NCBI GenBank assembly: GCA_040954595.2
Contig: CM082581.2
Span: forward strand, 8,229,313 to 8,293,312
Direction of reading: 5' to 3'
From: Balanoglossus misakiensis
Lineage: Eukaryota > Animalia > Hemichordata
DNA length: 64,000 bases
Shown piece by piece: positions 12,969 to 27,900 of this stretch. The translations under genes were made by a program, and so were the position numbers. Below the pieces are notes generated by a model. It made no database searches. It saw nothing but the letters and a program-made list of their open reading frames with translations, and was not told the DNA's origin. Every line of letters starts with the position of its first letter. Position 1 is the stretch's first letter.

Positions 12969-15900
12969 GATATATGCAATCTTGTGCGAGTGTTTCTACT
13001 CCTATATTTTCATGGATTTAACAATTTATACATTGCAGGAAATATCATTCCAAATGCATTGTTATTACCCCTTGAATGAATAATACACCTTCGTTTTATT
13101 GCTCGTTCCGGAGCGTTGTGAAGACGCCTCGTTTCATCCGATGTGTCAAAGTAGAACCCCCCCCCCCCAAAAAAAAAAAATGACGATGACGACTTGCCCA
13201 GATGGATCCAAATCAGATTTTGCAGCGGATCTCCTAACTATTAAATGCCCTAATACGGTGAAGCAAAGTCGAAAATAGCCGTGGAGGGATTTTATTACAC
13301 GTTGCGCAGCAGAATGACAAAATGGCAGATATTAACTTCGTGCACAGCGCCACTCTCTTTTTGTTTTCCTATCAAAAACGTATTACATTTCCCCGGTCTT
13401 AATTAGAATGAAGTGTTATGGGGACCAGGCTGTATACGAGGTAGACGGCAATCCCACGGTTCGCCTTTCTGAAGTGGATTCTCTTATATTCTTGAAAGCA
13501 TTTTGATTGCTCAACATTTAAGTTGTTGGGTTGCTTACCACACTAGGCGTAATGGAGGGGCCGATTACCCAGAGTAGGCTTTTAATAATAAATGCAAGTT
13601 ATATATCAAAAAAGTAGCCATTGGTTTACCCCGGGCTGCGCGCCATATGGCTGTCTCCAGTTTTTTTTCTTCGGCCCGAAAGCGACGATTGGGGCATGGG
13701 ACCGGAAGAAAAATGTCTTTAATGTATACCCCCATACGACATCAATCGGTATATTTGAGGTGTGCTGCTACCACCGTCCCTGATCCGTGAGTGTTACGTG
13801 TAGGTATCAATTTATGACTTTGATAACGCAGAACCGGCAAACAACACGGTTTGTCTCTCCCTCCTGGTGCAAATACGGGACGTCCGTCGTCACACACGGA
13901 AATTATTCCGAAATCATGCCTCTACGACGCGCTACACGCAAAGCAGAACCAGTTTCACCTCGTATATATACTTGTCCCCCCCTTCACAAAGGCTGCCGAA
14001 AAGTTATCAAGCCGCGTTCACCTGCCCCTCTGCGTGCTGCTCGAACGACTGCGATAATAGGTCGTCGGGAGTTTCAGCCAGAGTGTCTGGCCAGCCCGGA
14101 CAGCGGAGGGGACATAAATTACAGCGGTGGAGGAGCTTTTTGAAGATCCGCGAGACACCCTCCTCAGTCAGCCGAATCGGTCTTGTGAGAGCGGCGGAGC
14201 GAACAATGGCTGTCACGAACAACTAGTCTCATTCATCTTTTTAAATTGTGGCATAAAATGGGGAATCTTTTTTAATCGTCGATAAGGCATGAAAACACCC
14301 CCTTTTAACGGTGATTTGCACATACCATCCACAACGAGTGCTTAAGTGGGACCCGAAGTTACATTTGAGTGATCACCGACGATAGCATCTTTTAACTTAA
14401 ATGTAACGTGTATGGTTATGTTCAGTGTTTGTGCAAAAAAAAGAGAGAGACCCGTCTCTATATAGATGAAAAGAGGGTCGCCATACAAGCCCATTGTTGT
14501 CTAACATTAAAAGGCGATTCTCGGTTCCCTGCCACGATATGTTTACCTGTTTTATATATGTATCACGGAATTAAGAAGCGCAACAGTAACACGGTCGACG
14601 GCTCATGCTTTGCGATAATTATACCAGTTGCGCGAACCGACTCTTCATTAGGGGAATAGGATAAACATGTACTCGGAAATTTGATAGAGAGCCAAAAAAA
14701 ATAACATAATCATAATTCTATTCCGTCCGTCATTAAATTTTCTAAAGCCTCTGTATAAAATATAGATATCGGATACGCCACCGAGGACAGGCAAGCGTTT
14801 GTGGAGATGATACCGCAGTCCCCTATCTTCTCCGCTGTTCAGTAATTTCGTAAATTGATAGATGCGCGCACAGTGTAACTCAATTGCTGCAGTGGCCATC
14901 AATTGTGACGTACACGGGTACTATCGCACGCATTATCAGCCGCTGCTTATCTGCGAAATTCACCAGTTTAGGTAAGGCCTGCGCAGATCACTTCCTCTGT
15001 CGGAAGCAGGAGTGAAAAAAAAAACGTAGAGGGGGGGGGGGGGCGAAAAATACAAACTAACAATACAAATAGAGTGACGTAACTGCGGCAATCCTCACCC
15101 CCCCCCTGTGTATTTCAAATTTTGTACCTTGCTAAACAAAATTCAAACCATCGATTTTATTGTAAAAAATAAAATCAAAGCGTCCCGACAGTGTATATAC
15201 ATAACGTTAGATTTGTAAAGGTGCTAGGCTGATCTCCAACAGACGGGCATTAATTATATGTGTATATACGATCACTTAAAAAGAATAAAGTATGACTCAG
15301 CGTTAGCGATAACAACGAGGAAAAAGCTCCGAAATTGGGCGCTCCTAAAACCCACAGATGAAGATGTTTGATTGAGCCAAATTAATTGTTCAAAATATGA
15401 AAAAGTCGGATATTTATTGCGCGCGTGTGAGAGTTTAATTTTAATACACAGCGATAAAAAACTAGCTGCGAACCAAAAAATGGGCGGTTTTAACGAAAGT
15501 ATATGGTGACGCGATCAAACTGATAAGTGCAGAGTGGGTGCTTAAAGTACTCTAGAAGACTTCTATTTATGCGTGCATGTTGAATATCTGGAGCTGTGTG
15601 ATCTAGCCAAAATATATGAAAAATGCCTTGGGGTAAGCTTACTTTACCGAAGTAGGGTGATCGTCACTATGTGTAACACACCGGCTGGAAATCAGGCTAG
15701 TCGAGAGAGGGGGTGCGTGGTAATTGCAGTCGGGCGTAATAGTAGAAGCAGTCGACAAAAGCCAGCGATTTTTGTCGATGTTTTGTTTCCTATAGTCGCA
15801 CCCAACCCCTTATAAGGATTCCTCAATAGGTGAAATCTGGGCCTTCTCGTATTACACCAATTTACGGGGGACCGACTGAATCGTACCATTGAAATGATTG

Positions 15901-17836
15901 CCGGGGAATCAATAGTTAATCGGCGGCAAATTTAACCTTGGCTACTTGGCATCAGTAGCGAGGCACAATTGTAGCGTATTGTTATATCGGCGGCCGTAAT
16001 GTAAAGCCCCGGGTTCCCATCTGCCGGAGGCTGAAGGCACGACAACTCTGAGCATGCGGGGTAAGGGGATGAGAGAGAGAAAAAAAAAATGGCGCGAGTT
16101 TCTACAACAAAAGTGGCAAGTCTACAAAATCCCGGAACAGTTTGACCATCGCGCCTGCGTATTAGATTACCCTCATGGCTCACAGAAAATGATATTAATA
16201 ATTGTAGAATCGGTCATCATTGTCATGAGCACCCCATTAAAATGATTATACCAATTTTTCCGGCTGTAAACATCCACTGCGCGGAAATAGGCGCGATGCC
16301 GGAATTATATTTATTTTAAGTGAGGAGCGAGTTGCTTTGATGTGAAGCCCTGTCTCGCAGATTTATATGGGGTAATACAAAACGGAGACTTTACCTCAAT
16401 GCCCCGGTTCATTTTCCTGATGGCCAGATTCGAAGATTAAAATAAGCGCACAACAACAAGGCAAGACCCGACTTTAATAACATCTTATGTTCGCCTGTGC
16501 AAACGTCTTTTAGCCGCGGCGATTTCACACGAAAATATTGTGCCATTTTGTCGGCGTATTACTTTAATACGAAAATGTAGTTTTATTTCTATAACAACAC
16601 AACGAAAACGCTGTCAGTGAGATGGGCTCTCCCCGTGCGCCGTCGTCGTAATGTACCGAACATAAGACTCGAATTTAGCAGATTACCTAGCGGGGGAGAG
16701 TCGAGAAAGAACCCTAATAACAATGCCTCTCGTACTATAAACGTCTACTTTTTCGTCCAAATAATTTCCCCATTATTCAAAACATACAGAGCTCGCAGTA
16801 ATTGTACTGGTCTTTCGGAATGGAATCGCGTTTATCGGCGAAAAGCCATTGAAATTAGCCGTCTGTGGTTAAATTGGCTTTGCCTCAGTAGTCATCGAAA
16901 ATTCGCGCCAAAAAGTTCTTTTCCACTGAAACCAAATTACCTCTTCTACATGAGTTAACCCCAGTCAGGAGATTTATTTTGATCGGCCTGAATGTTAAGA
17001 GGCTAATTTTTGTTCTCAGTCTAAATGAAGATTTGGACATGTCGTATACGCCTAACCTAAACAGGAAAAAATATCACCGGGAGGAAATTAAAAGGAAAAA
17101 AAGACAAGTGTTAGTTCGGGAAAGCGATATTCAATGTACCATCAGTGTTAGTGTTAATAAAACGGATATAGACGGGTCCGGGATACACGTGAAATGTCAA
17201 AATGGCTCCTAAATTATCGTACATATTGACAGTCGTGTACAACACATTCAGTCAAACTATGATGCGCCTTCTAACAATGTCATTTTGCAAGTGGGTTGTC
17301 CAAACAACAAAAGTCAAATACTAACACACAAATAAAATACGCGTAACGAATAAATCCAGGCATTTTTTGTCACTTTTCTTGACTCTATCAAAGACGTCAT
17401 GTCGAAAGATTATTTTCCATAACATGCGCCCATGAATGCGGATTATTACTCAGAAGAGGATGATGTGTTTCGGAGTCGGATTTCTATTCCATTTTTAAAC
17501 AAGAGATTACGAAAGCCGAGTGCGATTTTAACGGTTGCCTGTTTTCTCATTCATAATGCGGAGTGCTAGTGGCGCTTGTCGGGTAAGTGAACGTTTGCTC
17601 TCCGGTGTTTAATGATCATTAGTTAGGCTGGAAATACGAAGAAAGCCAGAAGAAGAGGAAGAAAAAAGTAAAAAACAAAAAAAAAATCGTTGGCGGATTC
17701 AGTTACCCAGCATGGGACGAACAGCTGCCTGTCTCCAAAAGGGTTTTAGAGTCGGTTGTTACAATCGATGATCTCGGGGAAAACGACGCCAAAATGGTGC
17801 AGAGCAAAAGAGATAAAAAGTTGGCGGAACCTCGGC

Positions 17837-17870
17837 TGACCCCCTCTATTACGCAGAGGTCAGGGGGTCA
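17837..17870 (+). promoter_or_regulatory. Candidate nuclear-receptor element (DR2 plus an inverted half-site)
   Basis: AGGTCA-GG-GGGTCA at 17857-17870 and TGACCC at 17837-17842. Motif match only. Confidence 0.3.
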
Positions 17871-20800
17871 CCGCGCTAACTAATACCACTCAATACTGCC
17901 AACACAGAGGTATTAGCGCGGTTCTCTGCCGTGTGCTCCGTGTGGTTTCCCCCCGTCGGTACCAGCGCGGTGATTTGACGAGATCGTCTCCAACCAGCCA
18001 AAAAACAACATGTAGCTAGCCGCCGCTCGATTCTTTTTTTCTCCGAGCCCTTGGGGCTCGAATGGATTCGCATTTCATCAGGAGTCGACTCAACTAAAAA
18101 GGTTTAAATCAAATTGCTATTGCCAGATAAAATACCAAAGAAATCGATTTGGGGGAAAATTGCACCGGATGGCTGTTTTCTGCTCGTCAGGGATGAGCAT
18201 TTGCAACATTGTGTAGGGAACGTGATCGCTCGATTTGCTCTTCAGATAATTCAAGTCGAATAAGGAGTGGATTTAATCGAATCTGTAGACCTAAGGAGCC
18301 GTGTCTCTTCTTCCGCGGTAAAAATATCTAAAAACTAAAACAAAACACCCCTACTGCCTGGGTGCTGAGAATTATCAAGAAGAAAGCATTACTCGAGCAT
18401 GCGCGCGTGAAATGAGATTTCTTCAACTTTTTTTCGCCTTTTCTATTTAACATGAACTCCAAGAACGAATAGCGCACGTATATTGTCTGCCGCTATCCAT
18501 TGTGGATTTACAAGGCACAGTTTCCCTAAGAGTCACGACTGTATTGTAAGAGCATCAATGTCGATCTTTTAGAAGAACTATCGATTTCACAGCGATGACA
18601 CTCAAACTGCCCCACAAAAAGTTCAAATCATTCTCTTTTTGCCTTTGTGTGTCAAGGATGGGTCAAGTTTCGCAGAATAAAAAAGTAGACTAAAATATGT
18701 GCATAGTAATAAAAAATGTTCTTAATTCCAGTGTCTGTGGTCAATGGCGAAGGTATATAGTCTCAGCGCCGAAACCGGAATCGGTTGAATGAGTGTGTCG
18801 AACACTTGTCATTAACCGATCTTATGCAAATGAGACTTGCTTGTGTAGCCTGCGATATATCAAATCGAATCGAAGCCAGGCCTATAATTACGGACAGTGT
18901 CCTGTGCCATTGACGCGGCAAAGTGTTCCCCATCTCGACTGTCACCACGGGCTCCCAAAAGTCGCAAAATAATTCGCTAATAGGCCGGCAATCACTCATT
19001 CCCGGTGACGTGAAATCGAACTTAGCGAGAAAAAAAAGTTTTCTCTGACTTCGATTTGCTGTGTTGTACAGGGAGGAAGAATGGCGCGCTGGAAGGGCGG
19101 AGGGGGGGGGGCATCTAAATATCGTCTATCGGTTACTGGTAACTAACTGAAGGCGAGGGCGGCGGGCTGACTTGTCCGTAAAGCCGTTGCGTCGGAGACG
19201 GAAAGTTGCCGTGCGTTTGTTGTCTGTTTGTCGCTCACAGCTAGTCGAACAGACAAAATGTTGCAGTGCACTAGCGCTGCAAGTGACACTAATCAAAGTC
19301 ATCGATAACCAATCGCTTTTAAATGGAGACGAAAGGGGAGTTCTTTCGATTGTTACCGGGCTATCTTGGGTCCTTCGGGAACAAACTTAAAGGCCATTAA
19401 TGCCTATCATTGTTGGACCTCGCCAGATCGCTGGAGCGGTGAAAATGCAGCGATTTTCGGTCATTAATATCCTGTTGGCTTTGAGTTTTCCCGTTGACCT
19501 TATTCTCGACTGGACCATTATATGAAATATTACAAATTGCTATTGTAGGCCGAGAAACAGTTTACAACATCTTTTAAGGAACCTCGAGAATTGCTGGTTT
19601 TGAAAGTTGATAGATATTAGACGCTAAGGTCTTGCGCGTATAGTTAAACTATAAGAATGGGGGGGGGGCGACAACAACAGAAAAGTAGTACTGTAGCTTT
19701 TCACGGAGACACCAGTCGTCATTCTGACACAGACTGTGCCGCGACAATCCCATCGACCGGCTTACACAACTTCCATTCTACTGCCGTTTCCACCTCATCT
19801 GCTGACGACAAATACATCGAAACATGCCAATAAAAGCCGAGAATTCCCACGCTGCTGCCAATTGTCCCCTCAAATCGTTGAGTCGGCCCGCGTGCTCGCC
19901 CTAACCTGAAAAACACTGATTTCTCCCATTGTACGATTTACATCGTCGATTTATTTCAAGAGGGGTGGGGGATTGGATATCGTGCGTAAGAAAAGGGACA
20001 CGTATTGGTCAAGTTCTGTACAAAATGGCTGCAGAATCAGGCGGATTTTACATACGCCTCCATGTGTGCAAACCGAATCTTTTGACATTAGGCAACATAT
20101 AAAGAAAGAGCTGTTTATGGTCATGGCTTGTTCCGTCAAAACAAGGGAGCGATGCATTTTCTCCCTTTGTGAGGGGCGCGCTCTTGAAGTTGTGCGGGCG
20201 GGTGACCAAAAACAACCCAATTTCTGCGGAGGCTTTATCGTGTATCCTTTCATCACTACGTGACAGCAGAGATAAGCCGCCACAAAAGTGGCACGAAGGA
20301 GTTTCTGGTTTTGTACCAGTGTTTTAACAGTGTACTCACTGGGAACACAAAAGAAATGAAAGCAAAGGAGCTCATCTTGAAGTGACGTTTTCAATAGAAC
20401 TAATTGACAAGCTCTTGGCAATTAAAACGTAAGCTCCGAGACTTTGGGACGCTTAGTGAAACAACAATTGTTAGCATGGCCCATTAGCCTCTTAGAGGCA
20501 CTTGACTTCAAGAATAGGAATGGTTTTGCTGGATAAGTGTCTTTATTTAAAAGATTCGCAATTGTTTCCTTGAAAATCATGTCACAATCAGTCTCATTGA
20601 TAAGTATGTATCTCTTATATATATTTTACTTGATATATACTGATATAATAGATATATCATATATCATACATCATATACATCATACATACAGAAACACAGA
20701 TAGACAGACACACAGACGAACAAACAAATAAGTAAACAAACACAAGAAAAATACAAATAAAAAACGAACAACAAACAAACAAACGGGAGTTAAATCAGAG

Positions 20801-23800
20801 ACTCCAAGTGACCAGAACATTGTTTGAAGGGCCTCGTGATTAAAAATACTTCAACCAGACGAGATCGTCGGTGAAGCACATGTCATTATTGGCGAAGCGA
20901 TTAAAGCGTACACTTGTTGGCTCTGGTCTCTGTGTTCGGCAATTTTCGAAATCGACTTTGCTCAAGGAGCGCCACTAAAATGTCACTTGTGTTTCCTTCA
21001 CAGTTTTACCTCTCGCTCTCTCTCTCTCTCTTCAAGATAAGTAGAAAATGAACGTTAACTTGACTCCCGTCAATTGGGGGACGATAATTGCAACTAGAGG
21101 GCATGTTTTCATGGTTTACCCTCAAATAATTGTAATTACAGACCGTCCACACAATAATTATCTCCTATTGTTCAACGCGCATTCAGCTAATAGATTTCTA
21201 CATCCTGGAGCAGAATCCCATCGTCGGTTAACATTGAAGTGTGCCACCCTTTGCTTCGTCATGTACGCTGTGCACGTATACAGTTTCCTGAATGGTGTGT
21301 GTCTTAGGGGAGGAGAGATTTTTTTCGCCGATGCGTGTACAAGTATACCCGTGCAGCGGTTGTATCTTCGACATAAACGTGATCGGCGGCCGGGAGCTCT
21401 CACTTTTTTGAGATTTTGATGATACCACCACTCCTGGTGGGGCTGTTACGCGTATAGGTACCTGATCTCGTGAAATTCGTGAGCTGTGTATGTACAGTTG
21501 TACACACTTGTGGGTGTTCGGTGCGTTTACGGCACTGTGGGGAGGACGAGAAGAAGAAACAAAGTCGCAAATCACGAACAGATGGATCGGTAATTGCTGG
21601 GTTTTTTTTGCAGATTCGCTTTGAGTTGACCAACGTGAAAATTACACACCGATTTGCATACCCCCTATCACACGTGCCCCGATTGTTCTTTTTTTCCCGA
21701 GACCCCACGTCGCCATGGTAACCACGGTGATGCTGATGGGGTTTGATGAGACGGGTCATCATCGCGCCATTGTTGGAGAGAGAAATCACTCAAGAAGCAG
21801 GCAAATGAGCCATTAGAGGACTGGCAGCATCCGTAACACACTTCGCAACAAATTAATTAGCGATATTTCAGCAGATTACACCGCCTAATCCGCTAGATGG
21901 GGTGAAAATTTGTCATTTCCCTTACTAGCAGCTTTTTTCTCCCCCAATCTAATTATCCGCAGATAGCTTTCTGAAGAAGTAACAGTTTGTCACCATTAAG
22001 TCCGTGTCAAAAATTAAGCTGCGGCGACGTTTTCGCACGCCTCCGCCCTACCGCACAGACAGTGACACATCTCATCAAAGACGAGGACCAAAAAATCAAT
22101 TGAAACAAGAAATTAATCAACCGGTGTGGAACTTTTTGATTCACTTTCCGAGTGACGAGGAGGTGTACCGGATTTCGCGGTCGATTGTTTCAAGAGCGCC
22201 AAGCGAACAACAACCGCCCTACCCCCATGAAATACTTCGAGAAGCGATCTTTTGTCTTGTCGTGGTAAAAGACCAAGTTTTTTTTATTTATGTGTAAACT
22301 TGTCTAGACACAGTACTGCCAAGCAGAATGATTAATGCGAGGGCCGCATTGTCTTACGGCAAACCGGCGGCGTCAGCGTCGATTTTCACTGTCGTCTGTC
22401 CTCTACGGTGGCATAATTTTGAACTTGAGAAGCTTTCCTCCTTTCATTACGGAGAGAGTATATTTGCCGGCAGGGGAGTTTACTCTGAACGCCATTTCAT
22501 CAACTTGAGAAGCATCGCCTTGTTTTCGTGGAAGCGGTAGTCGCCGCCCGTGCCTTACAGCGACTCTTTAGACGTTCTTCCCAGCGAGGAAAAAGACAAC
22601 ATTTCCTTCAACAAAAAAGCTCACACAACTACAACAAGTTGTTGGTCGTTGTGGCTGTAAGTTGTCCGAGAACAAACCGACATTGAAGAGATCATTTTGA
22701 TGACATCCTATTATATCATAGTATGTCTCTCCGGTGCCAATCAAGCGACTTCAAGTTGACAAGATAAACTTGCTGTCACCATCACTCGGTCACACAAAAA
22801 CGTCCGAGTAGACCCCATTGCCTTAGACGATGCACACTCACTCGGTCTTTTTAAAAATAAATCACCTCGTTGAGCGTTTCCAATTTTTGAACGGAAATCC
22901 TTGCAAATTTTCATTCAGTGTCGACTAACGGAATATACTGGTCTGCATCAGTTAACAGATAAGATCACACTGAGAGTCTAAGGAACCATGTACTGTCTGA
23001 ATTACCGTGTACCATTAAATAATTAAAGGTACAACGCACGGAAATGGTTGCTCAATAGCTGTGTCGTGTTCGCGGGAAAATAAAACATGCAAGCCACCCT
23101 TACAAAGATGTTTGGTATAATATAAAACTCCTTTTTCTCGATCGGTTCAATTTTAGCCTCGTGTTCACAAACAGGGCCGAATGTCGTGGCGATGTCTGTC
23201 TGTCAGTCTGTCTGTCAGTCTGTCATGGTCTGTCGAAAAATATGAAGTCACGCAGCAGTCGAATCAACTGAGCATATACCATTCACATCAATCCGTGCGT
23301 TTGCGTTTGAGAAACCCCCGTTGAATGGATATTCGCACTGCGTATAAAATCAAAACTATTTAGACGAGAGATTTATTGGCTTAAATTGAAATATTTGATT
23401 GCAACAACAAAAACGGCAGTCACTGGAGGCAGCCGCGAGTTTCGAAACACAATGCGTCAGCAATTTCACGCAGATAATCATTTTGAACAACTTGTAAATA
23501 TTTCGACAGATGTTTCTTGTCATCTGATGAGGGGGGAAATGACTGCCTGTGTGAACGGACGATTTTAATGCAGAGATGATTTCGTCACTGGCGACAGAAG
23601 TCGGCGCGGCAGCTCCATATTGAATTGCATTGATTAACGCGGACAGTTCCAACGATTTTTATCGATTTTTGTTCATTTTTTTCGTGCGCGACAGGCGGCT
23701 TGAAATTGACTGACTGATACAAGTAGAAATCGAGGTCTTCTTTTTTTTCATCAACTCGATGTTACTCGCATCGGTCGAGGTTAGGGAGTATCAGTTTAAA

Positions 23801-24902
23801 AAGATCAACACTCTACAAAGATGCCTGGAGGTCGAGAGATGTGAACATGCACTACAATCGCACTACATGCCTTTTAAAATGCAAGAGCGTAGCATCTGCG
23901 GTCTCCTTCATCGACACACAGACGCATATCAGGATGTCGCGTGTGGTTTAAACTTTCGAAGCGACGGTGAGGAGGAAGTTTGCTGCCTCGATATGCACAT
24001 GTTGCGTTCACAAACACCCAACAAGTGAAATGAGGTTTTACAATGCACACAGTGGCAAACATTTGTCATTACTTTTATAAACTTTGATATCACATGTGGT
24101 GAGCATACTTGCCTCCCCTTTGATCCTTTCGCTGCACCCAAGCCTCCTCCCCCCGGGAATCCAACTTTACCATAAAAAACAATGGATTTGGACCTATCCA
24201 TGGTGGTGAAAGGGTTAAGCCCGGATTAGAAAGTCAGGGATATCTACACTGGCCGTTCTCGGATTTTTTTTTTCACGAGCAGAATACGAGGCGTTTCCTT
24301 TAGAGGAAAATAAATAATAAAAGACACTTACAATAGCAAAACTAATTCTTGTTTATGGCTATAGTGATATACAATAATTCCAATACGATGGCGATCCCAA
24401 GGCATGGAAATAAAACTTGTACAACAGACAGAAAATTCAAGATAAGACAGAGAATAGGAGAGTATTTTTAGAAAAGGGATTATTCATAAAGAGTTTCGCG
24501 TCGTGTCGAAAAAATGGGGGTGTCGGACAATATATGTAAATAGTGTTTAATATACATTTAAAAAATCTACAATATAAAACGTGTTCGTGGAAATAAATGA
24601 TTGTCATTTTGTTAATCGAAGTATCCTAAATTGTCAGTCGTCAGGCCTCCCATCTCATTCAACTTCTTGGTACAACACAAAGTGATGACGTCATAATTTT
24701 GCGCATTTAGCCAATGATTGGTGAATGAACTGGTGTAGTTAACAGACGGTAACTTATCACATTCTACGCACGTTTACAGCGAAGATCGTTCGCACGGTAT
24801 GTCCATCGATATCTGTAGATGTACAGCACTTCAATAATGCTGCAAGAATAGTGGGGTTTAGTCTTATGCGCATGCGTAGTACCGTCAGGTGTGTCATGTA
24901 TT

Positions 24903-24990
24903 TGTCTCTGTCTGTCTGTCTGTCTGTTCGTCCGTCCGTCTGTTCGCCTGCCTGTCTGTCTGTATGTATGTCCGTATGTTTGTTTGTCTA
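24903..24990 (+). repeat. Degenerate (TCTG)/(TCCG)/(TATG)/(TTTG) tetranucleotide repeat
   Basis: 4-bp periodicity visible directly. Confidence 0.75.
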
Positions 24991-27900
24991 TATAATGTGC
25001 GCTTTACATCCCAAATATAATATGTATGATTTAAGTACATTGTAATACAATCTAAAGCATTCTAGAAGACTTTCGACTCTCAGTACAGGTCTGACGGTAA
25101 TGCTCCATCACCAACAGATTACCTATAAATCTCCCCGTTTCTCAAGCTACAGCATGTCCCTCTTAGAATCCAATCTACTCCCTCGATTTACGCTTTTATA
25201 AACAAGTTAAATCCTTAACGACAGTGCAATAATACTGAAAAGGTAAGAGACTGATCGCAGATAACGACTCAAATAAGACTGCACTTGGCATCACAATTCA
25301 CAAGTTGACGATTTCAAGATATATGTTGATGGGTGATGATCAAATCGCCAAGTTCATTATCAGCATTGTTTTTATCATGTTTCTTCGACAGAGAGATTGA
25401 TATTCAGGGTTGGGATTATTGAATAAAATCAATATGTCACGGGATTAACTTGGCAGTTACGAGGCTTTGAAATACACAAACTTCACTCCACCCGATCAGA
25501 CTAAAATTCTGCAGTTGGATCGTCCACACGCGTATTATATATTTAATCTGTGTCTTGAAACGTTACATTTATATGTTTTGAATATAATTCAACCACGGTG
25601 GATATTGACTGAGCGTTTTGTTTGTATTTGGAACTTCTAATGGCCGTCGACAGATCATTTTTTATCAGTACTTTTGAATTATTTAGATTGTCACTCCGAC
25701 ATATTTTTTTTTAATTTGTACATATAGCATTGTTCAGATATACCTAGTAAATACATGTTTTTATATACCGGTGTATATAATATTCGTTGCTATTCTAATA
25801 AACTGAAACATATTTTCATTCCGTATGTTAATGATTCTCATGACAGCACTGAAATACCGATGAATAGAGCTGTTTAGTGCGGACGGTTAAACAATTTAAT
25901 CATCGATTGTAAGAAATAACATGGCATAAACCACAATGCAATATGAAAACAATGGCACATTGTCGCTGGAGTATTGGGCGAGGAAACAAAACATAACGCG
26001 TTAAGTGATGTTGCACAGAGTGGAATCCGGCAGGTGTTGATGTTTTGGTAACAACATACTTAAACATCACAAGTGTTTTAATGACATGCAGTACAAACTA
26101 ACGCACAAATAAGCCCGGTTCTGTTACCCAGACGTTTAATCAGTGGAGACATTTTGTGGCATCGGCGCAGTGATCAGGACGGCGATACAACACGAGCGAT
26201 AACCGTGGCACAGCGTTGACAAGGTGCATGTTACGCCGGGACCGGTTGAGATGCGGCGATATGAGGGGGATGCATGATAAGTCTTGATGCACTGAGATAC
26301 GATTGAACCAGAAAAGACGAGAAGAAAAACCCACACCAAAAGCCCCAGTATTGACGACTGGCTACTATAATTACCGCCGAGGGCGAACTCGACTGAGACC
26401 CAACTAGATTGAAAGTTGATGGAGACTAAACAGAAATTTCCTCGAGCTCAGATCAGTTATCGCATCAAATAGTACACAGGATTGATCGAAAAGAGGATGA
26501 CAAAAGGGGGAAGAAATAAGGCGATCAGCGCAAGCAGACGGAATCCTACCCGATCGAAGTCCACCAAAGACGCTGAGAGATTATAACAAAACTCCCCACT
26601 CATCGTCGTGTAGCTTTTCCCTGACAGCGCACGGTCATCAATTATTAAATTTAATTTTGTGTTTTACTGTGTTAAGTGAAGTAGTCCCGGTTGTAATCTG
26701 GCTCCGAGGTTTGGACTTATTATCAATAAATTAAGAAACAAAGACGAGGAACAACGGGGTTTTGGATCATCCTGAAAGGGAATTTATTAAAGTGGTTTCC
26801 AGTTTTTTTTTTTGCCCCATTCGACTATTATGGACTGTATAGCTCTTCTTAACCCGATTATTGCTTGAAACGATCTCAAAATCACAGCTGCTTCTTCGAA
26901 TACAAGTAGCTGTAGCGATGCGGCTCCCGGAGCGGCTGCATCGCATTGGTAAATGGCGGGAAAACACTGTTGCACAATACCAAGGCAAAAAAAATGTCTG
27001 ACCGGTGACGTTTATATGTGCGCGCGCGCGTGGTGGTGGGAAACTTCTCAAACTCACAGTTGGCCTTTCAGAGACCCACCTGGTGAACCTCTTTCCGCTT
27101 CGTGCAGTCGTTCTGGGCGTTAAGGGGCATAGCTGATGAGACATGTTATTTACCAACCTGTTATCACCCACCCACATCCAATTGATTTTTATTTTTCTCC
27201 TTTAAAACGTATACGTTGTATACGAATTGAACTATATGTAATAATTGATGGTTGAATCCGTTTAAAAGATAAAATGACTGAATTTAACTGAATATTTTTT
27301 GCCTCCTGACAAAAATCATTTTCGGGGGGGGGGGGTTCCAACCATTCCCCATTTAGAAGATTTTTCACGGCTTCGGCGGGCAAGGTCACTGCAGACCTCG
27401 AAATTTTCAACAAACCCTCGGACGTTGAAATAAAATATAAATATTGACGAGGCGTTTTTTTATCCTTTCGAGTATCACATGCCGCTGCCATCGTGGCGCG
27501 GCGACTGCGCGGGAACACCGTCGGCGTGCGTCCTATACGTCAGCACTAACTTAAAGATGACGCCACGCCCGAACAACAGAAAATTGGACAATTGCAGGTG
27601 AAACTCTCAGAGTTGTACTGACATGCAGATAAAAGGACGAATAAAATTGAAATATCGCATTGACGACACAAAGAATATTTCAGTCTGTTTAATTTCGCCG
27701 CGTAATGGAAAGATAACCCCGGATTTTGTTACCCGAAGCCAGAGAGAAGGGGGCCACATATCTAATTCATGAGGACGGGTCGTTTCTTTGTCCCGTTTCA
27801 TTTGTCAGAAGTCTCGGCTCACTGCGACCGACCGCCTAGATGCCGATTTGCACTAACACACGGCAACGCACACGTACGGAACTACGGATTATCAGGAGGC

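Noticed and set aside
13157-13180. C12-A12 homopolymer pair as a retrocopy tail
   Set aside because: No upstream element body or target-site duplication; similar homopolymers are scattered through the window.
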